Position numbers and translations under genes: made by a program. Below, one piece after another: positions 25,844 to 39,932 of a stretch of DNA of 64,000 bases. The DNA is from Octopus bimaculoides (Eukaryota): assembly GCF_001194135.2 (NCBI RefSeq), contig NC_068982.1:133845039-133909038 (forward strand). Reading direction: 5' to 3'. Within the stretch, counting starts at the first letter, position 1, and the number at the start of each line of letters is the position of its first letter. Below the pieces are notes generated by a model that was not told the DNA's origin, did no database searches, and saw only the letters and a list, made by a program, of their open reading frames with translations.

Positions 25844-28800
25844 GAAAAAGAAATGCTACCTTTCAGCTAATGTATTTACTGAACTAGTTGTCTGTCATAT
25901 TTATCCATACTTTTCTGTAGTTATCTTGTAAACATTTTAAAAGAAAGTTGAGTTATTTATTATAAACAAATAATGAAATTTGGAGATTGGCAGTATTTAT
26001 GCATTTGATAAGGTGTTATTGTTATAATTTTTCTCTTCTTAGTTAATCCTCTCAATATATATCAGTTAATTTCGAATATTTGTTTTCTTATTCTTTGTCT
26101 AAATTCCTTTCAATTTCCTCCAAGCAGCTGAAATTTAATTGCACATTGACCGTGTAATTTAAATGTCAGATTAGGTTTTTAAAATTTAATTCTCCCGCTG
26201 TTATCATAGTCTAACTTTCATTTATGTTTTCATAATGCATAACTAAAACTAGCCTTATCCATTTAGCTCAAGTATATTGTTTATTTAGGTTCGTGCTCCT
26301 GATCTCAACACTAATTTCTTCCCTTTGTCATAAAACCTAAACTGATATACTATCCTCATCGCTAAAAGTTACAAAATGTCTGTATAAAATTAACCCTTTT
26401 GTTACCATATTGCTGTTGAAATACATTACTTTTATTAATTTTGAAAACAATGAATTTAGGAAAATAACTGTCACTTTTAAGCTGGTATTGGAACATAAAT
26501 TAAATGAAAATTTGGTTGAAGGTCTGAATTTAAATCATTTTAGTGTAGAACCGGTGGTGGTATTAAAAGGCTTAAGCTCAGAACCTATCTTAAATATAAG
26601 CTTATTTTCCAGATTAAATTCAAAGAGATACTTTAAAATTATATTATTTTCATCTCCCATCCACATTAAAATATAGTTATAAACAATTTAGAAAATACAA
26701 CTGGTTTTATAACCAAATAACCCAACTCTAGAGATATTTACTGCTTTCTTGGAGGCCTCTATTGAAATTTAGAAGCAAAATTTCTTTTTAAACAGGTGCT
26801 TTAGTTTACAAACATCAGTATATTTAAAATCTGTTTACTTTGATAGAGTTTTGGCTCAAAGCATTTTGTTTTATATCATATCAGAATAATTTGTATCAAG
26901 CCATCATTTCGAATTAATTAATTCTATTTCCTTAAATTTTGGAATTTTAGATGTAAGCAATCAATTTGTATTCTAGCATAGTTTTACCAACACTGGCGTT
27001 TGACTGTCTTTTCCTCTTTTTCTAAAAAAAATTTTAATTGTACATCTGAAATTGTAGATAATTTCGCTTTTTTACTGCATCTAAATTTTGAGATATTTTA
27101 AATTTTAAAAAAATTGAAATTTTAACAAATACTGATATAGAGCCTTAAATTGACTACATAACTTGAGATGACTGTGTATATAAAGCATTCAAATAGTGTG
27201 TCTAGTTTAAACACAATAAGGTATTGAGCAACTTTTATACAGCTCATTTACAGTTTTTTTTTGTGTGTATTTTTTATAAAACCAAGGTGACATTGCAACA
27301 AACTAGGTCAGTTTTAAAAGTAGGGAAATGTAAGCTAACTTTAAATCTTTTATGATTTCCTTTTAAAATACTTGAAACTTTTAAATCACATAAATAATAT
27401 TGAATCAGTTTCAGTTGTTATAATCAGTAGACTACACTCTGTAATGATTCCCGATATTTTGAGCAGTGACACCTAGTAGCCAATAATTCCAGTCAGAAGA
27501 ATTGAGCAGCAACAATTGAAGTTCTTACTGGCTCAATATAGTTCATTGATGTACTGAGCACAGTATAACTGAGTATTTTTTTTAGTATTTCAGTGCTAAG
27601 TCTACGACTTCCTACATAGCCAGAGCTATAATTCATAATTCAGAACTGTTTAACCAATTACATCTCTCACCACACCAAAATACTACTGTGATGTTTAATA
27701 AACTATAGCATAAAAATAACATGTTCTTTTGATGTCAAAATTAAAATAATACTGTAGAGATTCTACTCTTTCATAATTTTTTTAATTGAAAATAACATGG
27801 TGATTTCAAAGATAGAATTAACATTTACAATAGTCACTAATATATTAAAAAATAGACTTTTTTAAACAGTTCAAATCTAGCTTAATATCAACTTAGCATT
27901 TCATTGCTCAAGGTTCAATAAAAATTAGAAGTACTTAAGTTTAATTTAATTATATATATTTCCCCTCCTAGTCTAAAAGTAACAATTGGCCTAAGAATGC
28001 CTAAATAAAAGAAATAACTGTTCATTTCTATAGAGAAATAAGCTGTAGTCCTTTTCTTCTAGGTAAGCCATTAATTTGTCTCTGTAGTATAAGCACCAAT
28101 GCTATGCAATGAGGTAGTAATATTTACAAACACTCTGGTTTTGTACAAAAGGGGGAAAATATTTAAATCAAAGACATGAATTTGATTAAATTAAATGAAT
28201 TTTGGCAAAATTTCCCAATGGTTGAACAGTAAATATCCATTGTGTTAGTTTAAAGTGTTTTTTTGTTCTTTAGACATCAATTTCTTAACTATTTTATAAA
28301 TAAAACACATTAAAAAATCACATTAATAGATAAGTATTTGATTTTACATTAGATTTAAACAAACTGTAGCTAACCAATTAATAAGTGTTAGGTTATTCAA
28401 TATATATATATATATATTGGTTAAAATTCCAATATACTTTAAATCATTTCAAATGGGAACTAATAAAAATGGGTAATTCAAAATATGTAGAACATACACA
28501 ATTTTAAATTATTGTCTTCTGTATGTTGTGTGCATATGTCTGTATTGTAGCCTGAACTGCAGTTGCTTGATACCCTGTTCAACATATACAACAAAAAAAT
28601 AGAGATATTACACCACTTTTTTTTTTTTAAAGATGAACTGTATTGTATTGTAATTTAAGTTTGCTGTGTTTGAATAATTATGTTCTAACATCATCATCTG
28701 TTGTTCAGGAATAAATTAAGCTTCTAATAAAAGCAGTTTCGGTGGAGAACAAAAACTCCAAATGAAGACAATCTGTATTTGTGAGACCATTTTAATCTAA

Positions 28801-28876
28801 GCTATGATGCTTTAATTTTCTTTTGATAATCAATATAGCAACATGGTATACATTTTCAGTAAAAATGAAACTAAAG

Positions 28877-28907
<31 letters not shown>

Positions 28908-31900
28908 AAAGCAAAAAAGTTTTTAAAAAAATTTGTCGTGAAGAATTGTGTATTTTATACAGAATTTCTTATTAAAAAAATATAAAATGAGACTGAAAAA
29001 TGGCCAACTTGTCAGTTGAAATTTAATGGGCACTAGTTGAGCTGCTAAGATCTTTGGAAATGTTATTTTCACTACCATGATTTTTAGAATGCTCAAATAA
29101 TTGTATTGGGTTATTTTAAAAGCTGTGAAAGAAAATGTTAGTGGGTTTTTTTTTTGTTGTTGTTGTTGTTCCTTGTTTGTTTTGTGTGTATGTGTTTCAA
29201 TTAACAGCTTGAAATTCCTAATTTCTTGAAACCACTGTTGTACATAAAGGAAAAAAAAAACAAAAACAAACCCATTTGGACTTTTTAATTTTGTGGATTT
29301 TCTTGAAAGTTAACATTCTTTATTAATGTCCGACTTCCAAAATTCTCTGTTCTGCAAAGTTTTGGATAATGTAAACTTCTTGATGATGACAGTATAATAC
29401 AATTACAACGCTCAGTACATAAATAATAATAATAATATTGATGAGGATGCCTGAGTGTCGAGAAAAATGTACTTTGGGGCATATAAAACTCAGTACCTAG
29501 TGCATGAGTGAAAAACAGCAATGTTACTTTGGGCAAACAACACTCTGTACATAGTGCACGAGTATGGAAAAAAAAAAGAAGAAAAAAACAGAACAAAAAC
29601 AATGTACTTTGGACAAAATAAATTTCTAAAAATTCTCATATACATTTTGTAAGTTTTTTTTTTTTCATCCTTTTCTTTTTGATAACAAACATCATCTCTA
29701 TTTCTTCTGAGGTTACCTGTTGATCTTACTTCTCTAAAACCTTTCTCATTGTCCATTATCTCTGTGTCTGCCTTTCTTGTATAGATTGGATGGGTTGTCA
29801 TGGGTTAAGTTGGTTCTTACTGGAAGTTACTTCCCTCCTGAATGTGTTGAACAGCCATGTCTCACCTTCACTCTAATCTATGATTAATTATTCCTTATAT
29901 ATAAAAAAAAACTTCTGCAGCTTTTGTTTTTAGTCCAACCGGAATAACACTAACAAGCTTATCAGTAATACTAATTAGCAAACACTAATTTGAGTTAGAA
30001 TTTTTATCCAAAATTTACAGCTAAATTTACAAAAAAAAATCTTGATTGTCGTAAAGAGGGAAACAATATTGAAAAACTTCAATCTAAAAATAAAATTGAG
30101 GAGGAAATCTCAGATAAATGGGAAGGTCATTGTTGGATGATCAAAAAGTTGACAGAAAATGGTTGGGTGGGGGGGATGCTCAAAACCAAGCACGAAAAAA
30201 AAATAATTCAAAGGTATCAACTGATCAGGAAATAGTAAGAACATTAAAAATGTAGGAGTGTCCCCAGGTTAATGAAGGTTTTTAATGTATGAAATACAAT
30301 TGGAGAAAGAAGAGTTTCGTTTTGGCAGACACTACTGAAGAGGTAAGGAGAGGCTGGTTAGTGACATCCAACTCAACATGGTTTAATCACATTAGTTGCT
30401 CTGTGGAAACAAGAAACTGATTGGTTAACAGATAACACCAGATGTCACTGAAAGGAACTATCACATACCACGGAAAATAGAGACAAGTGGAGGATCAGAG
30501 TTCACTGCAAGGTTCAGTTCTTGCATTGCAGTGGCTTGTATATCCCAATGGCTGATAGCTATGCACAGCAGAGTACAAACACCTGGTAGGATTTCTCATG
30601 CTGAACAGATCAAAGGACAGAAGCTGGACTAATATGGACCATCTCTTCCCAGAGGTAAAAATAGACTTTCTTAGGGCCAACACCTCCTACCTAGAAAAAG
30701 AAATGAAGTTACAAAAGCATCAATGAGAATTAAAGACCAGAAATCTCTAGGAGAAGGTTAGCCTTCTCTCCAGGGAAACATCCCCTTTTACTGAAGGAGT
30801 GGTCCTGTAGAGTCCAGAGTCAAAAACAGTGGAGCAAAGTCACCAATGGCCTCAGCTCCATAGGGAGCAAAGGGCTTAAGTAAGGAGGATCGGAGTCATG
30901 TGAATCTGAGCAAGCTTGACCCAATGATGATGATGATGATGATTCTAGCATAGAACACATCACAAAGCACCATAAAAAAAAATCACCCAAACAAATACTG
31001 AATCAAAACAAACCTCAACAGTAATCTAAGTATAATTTTTTTCTTCCTATTACAATCCCCAGAGCTAACAACAAACTTCTAATAAAAGCTAAGTGCTTTC
31101 TACCCAAAGCACACAGCAACAGCCAAAGTAGATGATGTATGTCATACAACCATATTACAATCAAAGCTGATTATACAACAATGCCTCACTTGCAAATTAG
31201 AAAGAACTATTTTATTGAACTAAGTAACTTTACCAAATACTTACATTACATTTTACAATTAACATAGCTACAGAACCAACACAACACTTAAAATAATTAA
31301 CTGAACCTGCAAAATGCAAGACATACCAAACCATGATTGAGGTCTCAAAATCATGTGTCCTGTGCTTTGCTTGAAACAAATATGTCATGAAAACACTAGA
31401 ACTGCAAGCTTTCAAATTACAAACCAACACAAACCATATTTAATACTAAGTCTTGTATTAATATATACATACCACTCCAGCCACTTTCTAAGCTATAAAA
31501 CTTTAACAACTGCACAAATACCATCATAGACAAAGCACAACAATAATTCCTAATTAAAGTTCAAAATCAACAGTTTGGGAGAGAGTGTCAGTCAATTATA
31601 TTGATCTCAGTATTTGACTAGGAATTTGTTTGTCATCCTTCCAGGACCAATAAAATGAATTTGATCTTAATGAGATTTGAACTCAGAATATAAAGAATAC
31701 CACAAGGCCAAAGAAATAGGAGAAGTCAGTTTAAATCACCTCCAATACTTTTGGTGACAACTAGTCTAAAGACTTCAGCTGTGTTCCTCCAAAACATTTT
31801 CTCCTTCTCAATTAAATAAGATCCATATCCAGACACCAATAGCCTGGCCATGAAAATTGAATCTCTTATATTCTTTGTTTTGGTTTACCATCTGATATAT

Positions 31901-32249
31901 ACTCAAAACTATGTATTGTAACTTCCTTGAATTGTTAATCAGCACCACTGTATGTGACAAATTTGGTCTGAGAATTTTGAAACAAAGTACAGCAATGATA
32001 AAGCCCTGGGAAACTAAAAAAAAAGAGCAATATGCCATCTAAGAGTCATGGTAATCTTAAATCTAGATACAAATTAATGTTTTTAAATGCCTTCAGTTTT
32101 GTGACAAGATTCAGTTTTCGATTCTTTCATGAAAAGTACTGATCTACATTTCAATAGTCATAGAAATCTGTACATTCTTTATTCTGAGATGGTGTTTTTA
32201 GCATTGCTGGCTACATCACATTTCAGAAAAACACATTTTATTGTTGTGG

Positions 32250-33420
32250 AGGTCATGTGAAGGTTTGTGTTCATTCAAGCTTTTCAGCAATTCCTTGTGA
32301 CTATGTGAACCAGTTGCAATAAGGGCTACTCATATAAATAAGCATATCAATACTTCTACTTGGAAGAGCAGGTTTCTCAAGATTGACAGTAAGGGGTGGT
32401 TATTGTGAATTACTGAATAAGGGCAACCTGGCAGGCATTGCATTTTTGTCAGTCCCAAGCAAGGTTGCACAATACTACTGAGAGAGTTGTGACAAGTTGT
32501 GGATTTGTTCTACATGAAGGACAGGCTGGTTTATGAAATAAACTGGTCATGTACAGAACAGATCCTCACTCAATGGAGCATCATTGATACCAGGAGCCAC
32601 TAGTAGTCAACCTCAACTTTCACAAGGCCTTCGACAGTGTACATAGGGAATCCCTCTGAAACATTGTCATGTCTTATGGCATCCCACTGTGCTTTGTCAA
32701 CATATTCAAAAGATTGTACGACAACTCAAGATAATGCATAAGAGCTGAATCTGGAGTGACAGAGTTTCTCAACAATGTCTCCGGGGTCAGGCAAGGCTAC
32801 ATCTTGTCTCCTCTACTGTTTATTCAGGCTGCTGATTTTGTCATGAGAAGCACAGTCAGTGGACCCAACAATGGAATCCTGTAGATAGATACAGAAAACA
32901 ATGCAAATCTGTAAGAGTTGACAATGTGTGGAGAAGCTCAGGCTGAGGACCAGTACACACATTGAAGATGAAAGTGATGAAAGCAAGCAATACCATGAAC
33001 CAAGAAATAGCTATCAACATCCACCTGCATAAAATAGAATTGAACCAGTTCCCCAATCTGGGCAGTGTTGTAAGCACTGGTGATGTAGAACTGGACATAG
33101 ATTGCAGGACTGGAAAGACAGCATCAGTGTTCCAGCATATGCATTCCATCTGAGCAGCCTCAAACATCAGCATTGATGTGAAATTTCATCTATATAACTC
33201 CATTGTTCTACCTACCGCAATGCAGACTCATGAAGCTTGTAAGAGCATAGTAAGGACAACTAGTAAACTAAATGTATACCATTAAAGGTGCATCAGAAAG
33301 ATCCTGAGGGGTCAACTGGTAGAATTGTCTCACCAATGAAGAAATTCTGAGAAAAGCAAGGCCACAACCATTGCAAGAAATTGTAGCAGAGTGCCAACTC
33401 TACTTGGTTGGTCACATTTG
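32250..33420 (+). mobile_element. Decayed LINE reverse-transcriptase region (RTE/CR1-like)
   Basis: Interrupted frames give KAFDSVHRESL, YGIP...VNIFKRLY and GVRQGYILSPLLF. There are many stops and frameshifts. Confidence 0.75.
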
Positions 33421-34699
33421 GTATTTGTAGCACAGAGTGACAGAAATAAGATTCTTTTCTGAAAATATTTCTGAAGTAGAGAGATAAAGTAGATCCTTAA
33501 TCTTTCCATAAATCACTGTGATGCAGTATTGGACTACAGTTACTATTAAATACATAAAATATACAATATTTTCCTAAATAGACAATTTTCTCCAAACATA
33601 CCTTTACCAGAAAAATCTTTCACCTCTTTTAAACAGCTAAGTTAACTGAAGCTATGCAGAATTAAATGTCCAAACTTATAGACACCAACAACTGAAACCA
33701 CAATTCATGAGCAAGAATTTAATACCTTATCCACTTGGTCATTTCATATCTAAAGGCAAACATTTAATTACTTAAACAGAACCTTCTATTGAATCTTCTT
33801 TTAAAAATATTTTTCATGCTCTTCCAGCAACAGCAATTTTAGAGTGAAAAAGTATTCTTATTTTCCAATTTTTTATTGAAAGAAAATCAAGTTGTTTGAG
33901 CTATAATTTCTCATAGTTTTAAACCTGAGATTTGATAGTGTTGTAACTATTGTTTTCTATATTGACAGAATCATTAGAGTGCTGTACAAAATACCTTGCA
34001 GTCTTTATCCCAACTATTTGTTCCAAGTTCAAATTTGCCTTTCGTTTCACTGGGGTCTACAAAAAGTACTGGACAAGTACTGGGAGTTAAATTAACTGAC
34101 TAATTTTCTCTCCCTATAATTGCTGGTTTAAATAAAAAATAAGTAAATGTATGTATGCATGCATGCACATACGTATGTATGTATTATTAACATTTAACAT
34201 CCATTTTCCACTGCAATCTCTACTCCCTACTTGCACCTTCTTGGCAATATCTGACCATGTATATTATGACCTCTGTATCTCTCCTTTTCTTACTCTACCA
34301 TCACATCTAAGCTCTGATCTTTGTTACTTGTGAGTATACCCTGGCACTTTACCATCTCTCTCATGTTCTCCCTTACACTTTTGCTGTTTCTATCTCTCTA
34401 TTTCCCTTGCTCTTCCCTCTGGCTGGGTAACCATGGATCTCCTCTACAGCAGCATACCTGTTTCTGCCCTCATCCTTGATCACTGTTTCTCTCCTTTTTC
34501 TTTTCTCTCTGACTAGGAAACCAATTATCTCTTTTACATCAGCGCACCTGTTTCTGTCCTCTTTCTTGTATCTCTCTCTCTCTCTTCTTCTCCACCTCTC
34601 TCTCTCCCTCTCTTCTCTCTTTCTCTATAGCAAGACATGCACCTCCTCTATAGCAAGACACCTGTTTCTGCCTCTCTGTCACACTCTAACCTTTTATCC

Positions 34700-35374
34700 C
34701 CTAACACACGTTCCCCTCCTCAAATACCCTGCCCCTCTCAAAATTCCATATCTTGCAAGTTACTTGGTGACCCTGGCAGTGCTGGTGCCAAGTAAAAAGC
34801 ATCCAGCCGACACTCTTAAGTGGTTGGCATTTGGAAGGGCATCCAGCTGAAAAAATCATGCCAAAACTAACCTCACCTGAGCTAGTGCCATGTAAAAAGC
34901 ACTGAGTCCACTCTGCAGAGTGGCTGGTGTTAGGAAGGGCATCCAGTTGTAAAAACCCGGTCAGAACAGACACAGTAGCCGGAGGTAGTTTTCTACTTGG
35001 CTGGCTCCTGTCAACCATCCTACCCCTGCTTGGTATACAGACGTTAAATGATCAAGATCATGATCATGATGATTTTATATATATATATATATATATATAT
35101 ACAGTCCCGCTGGACTGGCTCCTGTGCAGATGGCACGTAAAATACACCATTTCGAGCATGGCCATTGCCAGTACCCCCTGACTGGCCTTCGTGCCGGTGG
35201 CATGTAAAAGCACCCACTACACTCTCTGAGTGGTTGGCGTTAAGAAGGGCATCCAGCTGTAGAAACTCTGCCAAATCAGATTGGAGCCTGGTGTAACCAT
35301 CTGGTTTCACCAGTCCTCAGTCAAATCGTCCAACCCATGCTAGCATGGAAAGCGGATGTTAAACGATGATGATG
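34700..35374 (+). mobile_element. Two adjacent RTE-tail repeats ending in (GAT)n
   Basis: Each has aaaagcac...ggaagggcatccagc...ccaacccatgc...gttaaa(c/t)gatgat. Other copies occur at 46141-46620 (-), 47640-47830, 42950-43200 (-), 19380-19590 (-), 17770-17990 and 13643-13735 (-). Confidence 0.8.
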
Positions 35375-35799
35375 AAAGCATTTAATTTCCTTGGAAAGAA
35401 AAAATTATCAAATTAGCAGAGAATTCGATATTAGCAAAAAAAAAAAAAGAAAACAAAAGTTACCAAAACAACAAACAACTGCAGCCAGTATATGATAAAG
35501 GAAAGTGATGAGTGTCAAAAATATTAAAACTGGAGCAATAGTAAAAGCCTTCAACAATACGGAGAAATAGAACAAGACTTAAAAATTCATATTGAACTAA
35601 CATCTTTGCTTGAAGTCTCTAGTATCAAAGAAAGCTAAGTTTGTATGAAAACAGAAATGTATGTATAAAACTACTCAGAAAGAAAGCAACTAAGTGACCT
35701 TAGTCACTCAAACTGAATAACTCCCAAGCAATGCTGATGTACAGCCACTTAGTTCCTTATCATGTGACCATTTCCAACAGATAGATAAAGGGGCAGATT

Positions 35800-36039
35800 T
35801 TAATCTATAAGAACGTAAAAATCAACAAAATTAATACGTTTCCTGTGATAAATATAGGCGTTATTTACATAAATTTTACATCTGATACCCACCGCAATGT
35901 GACGTCTTATACCTAAGAGCTGAATCCATGTGAATGGAGAAACATAGTTTTTTTGATTTAAATATGGAAAGTATTTAAAAGGTATTCCTGTCGGTGGTAT
36001 GTAAACTACATTACCAAGGTTATCCTTATCAGGACTATT
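35800..36039 (-). CDS. ATP1B: Na+/K+-ATPase beta-subunit-like gene, terminal coding exon
   Basis: Acceptor ttttctttttcag. Reads NSPDKDNLGNVVYIPPTGIPFKYFPYLNQKNYVSPFTWIQLLGIRRHIAVGIRCKIYVNNAYIYHRKRINFVDFYVLID, stop TAA. YFPYxNQxxYxSP, the final Cys and the hydrophobic V.F.VLID tail are characteristic of beta subunits. Confidence 0.92.
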   Translation of the reverse strand, partial: NSPDKDNLGNVVYIPPTGIPFKYFPYLNQKNYVSPFTWIQLLGIRRHIAVGIRCKIYVNNAYIYHRKRINFVDFYVLID

Positions 36040-36136
36040 CTGAAAAAGAAAATAAACAAATTTCAAGATATAAATTTTGGTCACTGTTTAGTATCATTAC
36101 TACTCAAATCTTTTTCAGAGATTTTAAAACCAGCTA

Positions 36137-36526
36137 CTTTACTCTTTTACTTGTTTCAGTCTTTTGACTGTGGCCATGCTGGAGCACCGCCTTTAGTCGA
36201 GCAAATCGACCCCAGGACTTATTCTTTGGAAGCCTAGTACTTATTCTATCGGTCTCTTTTGCCTAACCGCTAAGTTACGGGGACATAAACACACCAGCAT
36301 CGGTTGTCAAGCGATGTTGGGGGGACAAACACATACATACATATATATATATATATACATATATACGACAGGCTTCTTTCAGTTTCCGTCTACCAAATCC
36401 ACTCACAAGGCATTGGTCGGCCCGAGGCTATAGTAGAAGACACTTGCCCAAGATGCCACGCAGTGGGACTGAACCCGGGACCATGTGGCTGGTAAACAAG
36501 CTACTTACCACACAGCCACTCCTATG
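36137..36526 (-). mobile_element. tRNA-derived SINE, near full length
   Basis: The minus-strand head has an A box (TGGCTGTGTGG) and a B box (GGTTCAGTCCC). Homologous copies lie at 52912-53300 and 45230-45578, with fragments near 1260-1370 and 52630-52795. Confidence 0.85.
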
Positions 36527-37083
36527 CGTCTTTAGCTCATCAAAAAAAAAAAATATCTTTCAATTATTAATAATTTCTGGATTACCGTCTACTGCCGATT
36601 TATTAGCTTTTCACATCTAAGGTGGCAGATAAAGTATTTGCAAATTTAGATATTTGATTATTGTTACAGCATCTGTTAATAGAGTTGACGCAGTGTTTCT
36701 TTCTTCTAATTGTGAAATTGGAGGCGGTCAGCCAGGAAAACTGAGTCAAACAGAGTTATGTCCCTTGCTTAAAGACTCCATAAGTGAGGCAACAAATTTA
36801 GTAACAAAGCAGCTATAGTTTTTTTTTTTTTTAATGAAAACTATTACATTGAGTTAAAATAGGCTTTCATAAACTATTTAACATTTGAAATTTCTCTCAT
36901 TTAATTGTGGAAATCTTCATAAAGAAGTTTTGAAATGCTATAATTGCCTATATATTATTAACAAGACATGTAACAAAAATAAACAGAAACACAAAAATAT
37001 TTACGAACTACATTTGTCAAGGGAGACAACTTGACATGAAAACTATTAAACTTTAGCATTACAATTGAAATTATCATACTTAC

Positions 37084-37191
37084 AATTCCATAACAATGAA
37101 TTCCTATAGAATTTGCAAGATAACGGTCTTTTGGAAATTCTGAAGGGACATCTGACAAGCTTGCGTATGGCTCAGGTTTCCAATTGAACAG
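37084..37191 (-). CDS. ATP1B: Na+/K+-ATPase beta-subunit-like gene, internal exon
   Basis: Acceptor ctctgtttacttcag, donor ATT|gtaagt, 108 nt, phase 0 to phase 0. Reads LFNWKPEPYASLSDVPSEFPKDRYLANSIGIHCYGI. The xxxWxPEpY motif follows NK as in invertebrate (nervana-type) beta subunits. Confidence 0.88.
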
Positions 37192-37639
37192 CTGAAGTAA
37201 ACAGAGAAATTAACAATTCTTCTGTTTTCATAAAAAAAATTATTTTTTAGAATTATTTTTAAGCTCTAGGCAGATATTTAACATAGTGCTTTCTATTATA
37301 GGTAACAGAATTTGCTGCTGGTGGTGGTGGTGGTGGCAGCTGGGTTAGTCGATTACATCAACCCCAATGTTCGACTGGGATACTTTATTTTATTGATACT
37401 AAAAGGTAAAGTTGACTATGGCAGAATTTTAACTCAAAACATAAAGCCAGAATGAATGCCATGATAAACATTTTGTCTGGCATGCTAACAATTCTGCCAC
37501 CTTATATAACATAACAATAACAACTTTCAGCAGTATTTTCTCAATGAATTAACTTTGCCATTCAAAAAGATATTACATAGAATTAAAAACATATTTTTCA
37601 GCATAACTAGTTACATTCTATTGAAAATATTCATTTGTG

Positions 37640-38520
37640 TTAACTAGGTACAGAGCCACCTCTTATAAGAGAGGATACATATGTCTTGCAAACAACTCGC
37701 ACATGCAAGTGCTACCAGTCAAGAACTCCGCATACCGGAAGCCAGCAAGTGTATGGGGTCATCAGGAGAGAATGCACGCCGTTTCGAGGCCTACCTCTCG
37801 ACGGCATCAATGCGCACCGGCCCCCCTCACTGATATGAGGCCCCGCTTGCTAGATCAACTGATTATTAAAACAAAGCTCAATATTTCTCTAGCCATCGCT
37901 CATCGTCTCTTTTTAACCAAATCCAGTGGCTAGCCTTCTCCCCTGCAGTTTGGATATCGGTAATGGTGGTATTTACCTTACGATTAGTTAGGCCTAACGA
38001 TAACAGCAGTCGTCTCACACTGTATCCTACAAATCCTCTACATCCGACTTCGATTGGAAAATGCTCCGCTTTCCAGCCTGCGTCTTCACATTTCTCGAGG
38101 AGGTTTTCATAACGGTCTATCTTTTGAGCCCGCACGGCATACATATTATCTTCATGAGGAACCGTTAACTCAACTAGATTTACAACTTTTCTTCTTTCAC
38201 ACCACATTAAATGTCAGGTTTTTCCATAACTGGGATTGGAAAGAATGCTTGGCACCCAGGCAAATCTGCATTCACTTCCCAATAGTCGTTCCACTTTTCA
38301 TTTCTCACAGGAAGTTTCTTGTTCATATATGCCTATCATTATTTGGTGTCCAGTTTGCCATGCTTCCAGGTCGGATGGGTCTTCTCTAGCCCAATGTCTT
38401 GCCAATTGTTGTGATTCTTTGTCCCTTCCTTCATGAGGTTCAATCTCCAAATATCTCTTCTCCATGCTTACTCCTCTAACACCCATATCACTTATCCTTC
38501 TATTTCTCATCTGCCACATT
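37640..38520 (-). mobile_element. 3' fragment of a non-LTR retrotransposon with restriction-like endonuclease (RLE; R2/NeSL/HERO-type)
   Basis: Minus strand: W..YWEVNADL...KPDI, then a frameshift, then WCERRKVVNLVELTVPHE...KIDRYENLLEKCEDAGWKAEHFPIEVGCRGFVG...EKASHWIWLKR. The PD...E-L-T-V-P and PIEVGCRGF motifs are diagnostic of RLE-type LINEs. Confidence 0.85.
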
Positions 38521-39753
38521 ACACATCTATCTGTTACCCATGTTTCTTTAAGCCATGATTTTATCTCTCTTGCTCTTCCTGCTCCTATTACTCATCTCTG
38601 ATTCACTTTATCTTTTCCTCAAATTCGTCAGTGTAACTAAGAATGGCAGTGCATCTCTCCAGCTCATCACATATAGCACACACACCCATGCTTTTATTGC
38701 TCATTTTCTGCTTGCCATACATCACAATCTTTCAGCCACACTTACCACATGTCTATCAATCACTTCCTTGACTTCTTAATTCTCTATGCTTCCAATATGT
38801 CTGAGGATGACAGTAGATCTCTTCTGTTTGACACACGTTGCTTTCAGTGTAACTAAGGATTTTGTTGCACTTATTCTGACCCTTTCCCCAATGCTGCTTT
38901 TAACCACTCACGTGTACAAGACCCACCTATTTCCCATTTTCCATGCAACCATTCACATCACTTGTCCCCATCACATATCCTGTGTATAGGTGACTACATC
39001 GGACCACTTGTTCCCAGTTCTCTCTATTTCCTTCTCCCCCCCCCCATACTGTTTGTCATCACCACATATCATTCTGATTGCCAGAATACACTTGTTCTTT
39101 CTTTCCTATGTATCCTAAGCCTCTGTCATCACTCTCTCTCTCCCTCTCTTCTGGATTACATACACCTCTGTCATCCCTTCTACATTGCATTGCCTTGAAT
39201 ATACACATCGATCTCAGAATTTTATACCTTCCTATCACTCCACTCCTTGTCACATATGCACCTCATCACTAATTTTTCTGCCTCTATCAGATCTGCTCCA
39301 CATCTGTAAAGAGGCTGATGAGTAAACAAAGACAATGAGACTGTGAGGTCCCTTCACTTATGTCAAGGTCATGGTACCACTTTCATTCTGGTGCCACAAA
39401 AGATGTACCCAGTACACTCTGTAAAGTGTGAGATAGCAAGATGATTTTAGCTTTATCAAGGATATGACATCTCTCTGGTGCTACTAAAAAAGCATCTTGT
39501 ACACTGTATAGTGGTTGGTCTTAGGAAAGGCATCCAACCACAGAAATCAAGCCAAGGATGAAGCATGAATACAATAAGGTCCCCAACCCATTTACATGAG
39601 AAGGATCCCCTAAATATGTGCTAACTCTGACAGTGAAATCCACCCAACCTACACCAGCATAGAAAGCAAATGTAAAATAGTGATGAAAATATAACATGCA
39701 TAACAAACTACTAAATATGCAATAAAATATAAGAAAAATACTAGAGAACTAAC

Positions 39754-39932
39754 CTTATTGACTCTAACAATAAAGCATGGTTTGCCAATGGAAAAACCAA
39801 AATTAGTTTTCTTATTACATAATGAACCGTCAGGGAAAAGAGCTGATTTTTCTAGCTGTTGAACACTATCATCTTTCTTATCTGTTAGTATTGAACAATT
39901 CCCATCTTTATGACATTTTATGCCATGCTTCT
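39754..39932 (-). CDS. ATP1B: Na+/K+-ATPase beta-subunit-like gene, cysteine-rich exon
   Basis: Acceptor ctttcatttcag, donor AAG|gttagt, 179 nt, phase 1 to phase 0. Reads EKHGIKCHKDGNCSILTDKKDDSVQQLEKSALFPDGSLCNKKTNFGFSIGKPCFIVRVNK, with the C...FG...GKPC..V.VNK beta-subunit motif. Confidence 0.9.

Noticed and set aside
26410-26676. 88-aa ORF
   Set aside because: TTG start, no splice or domain support, and composition expected from AT-rich non-coding DNA.
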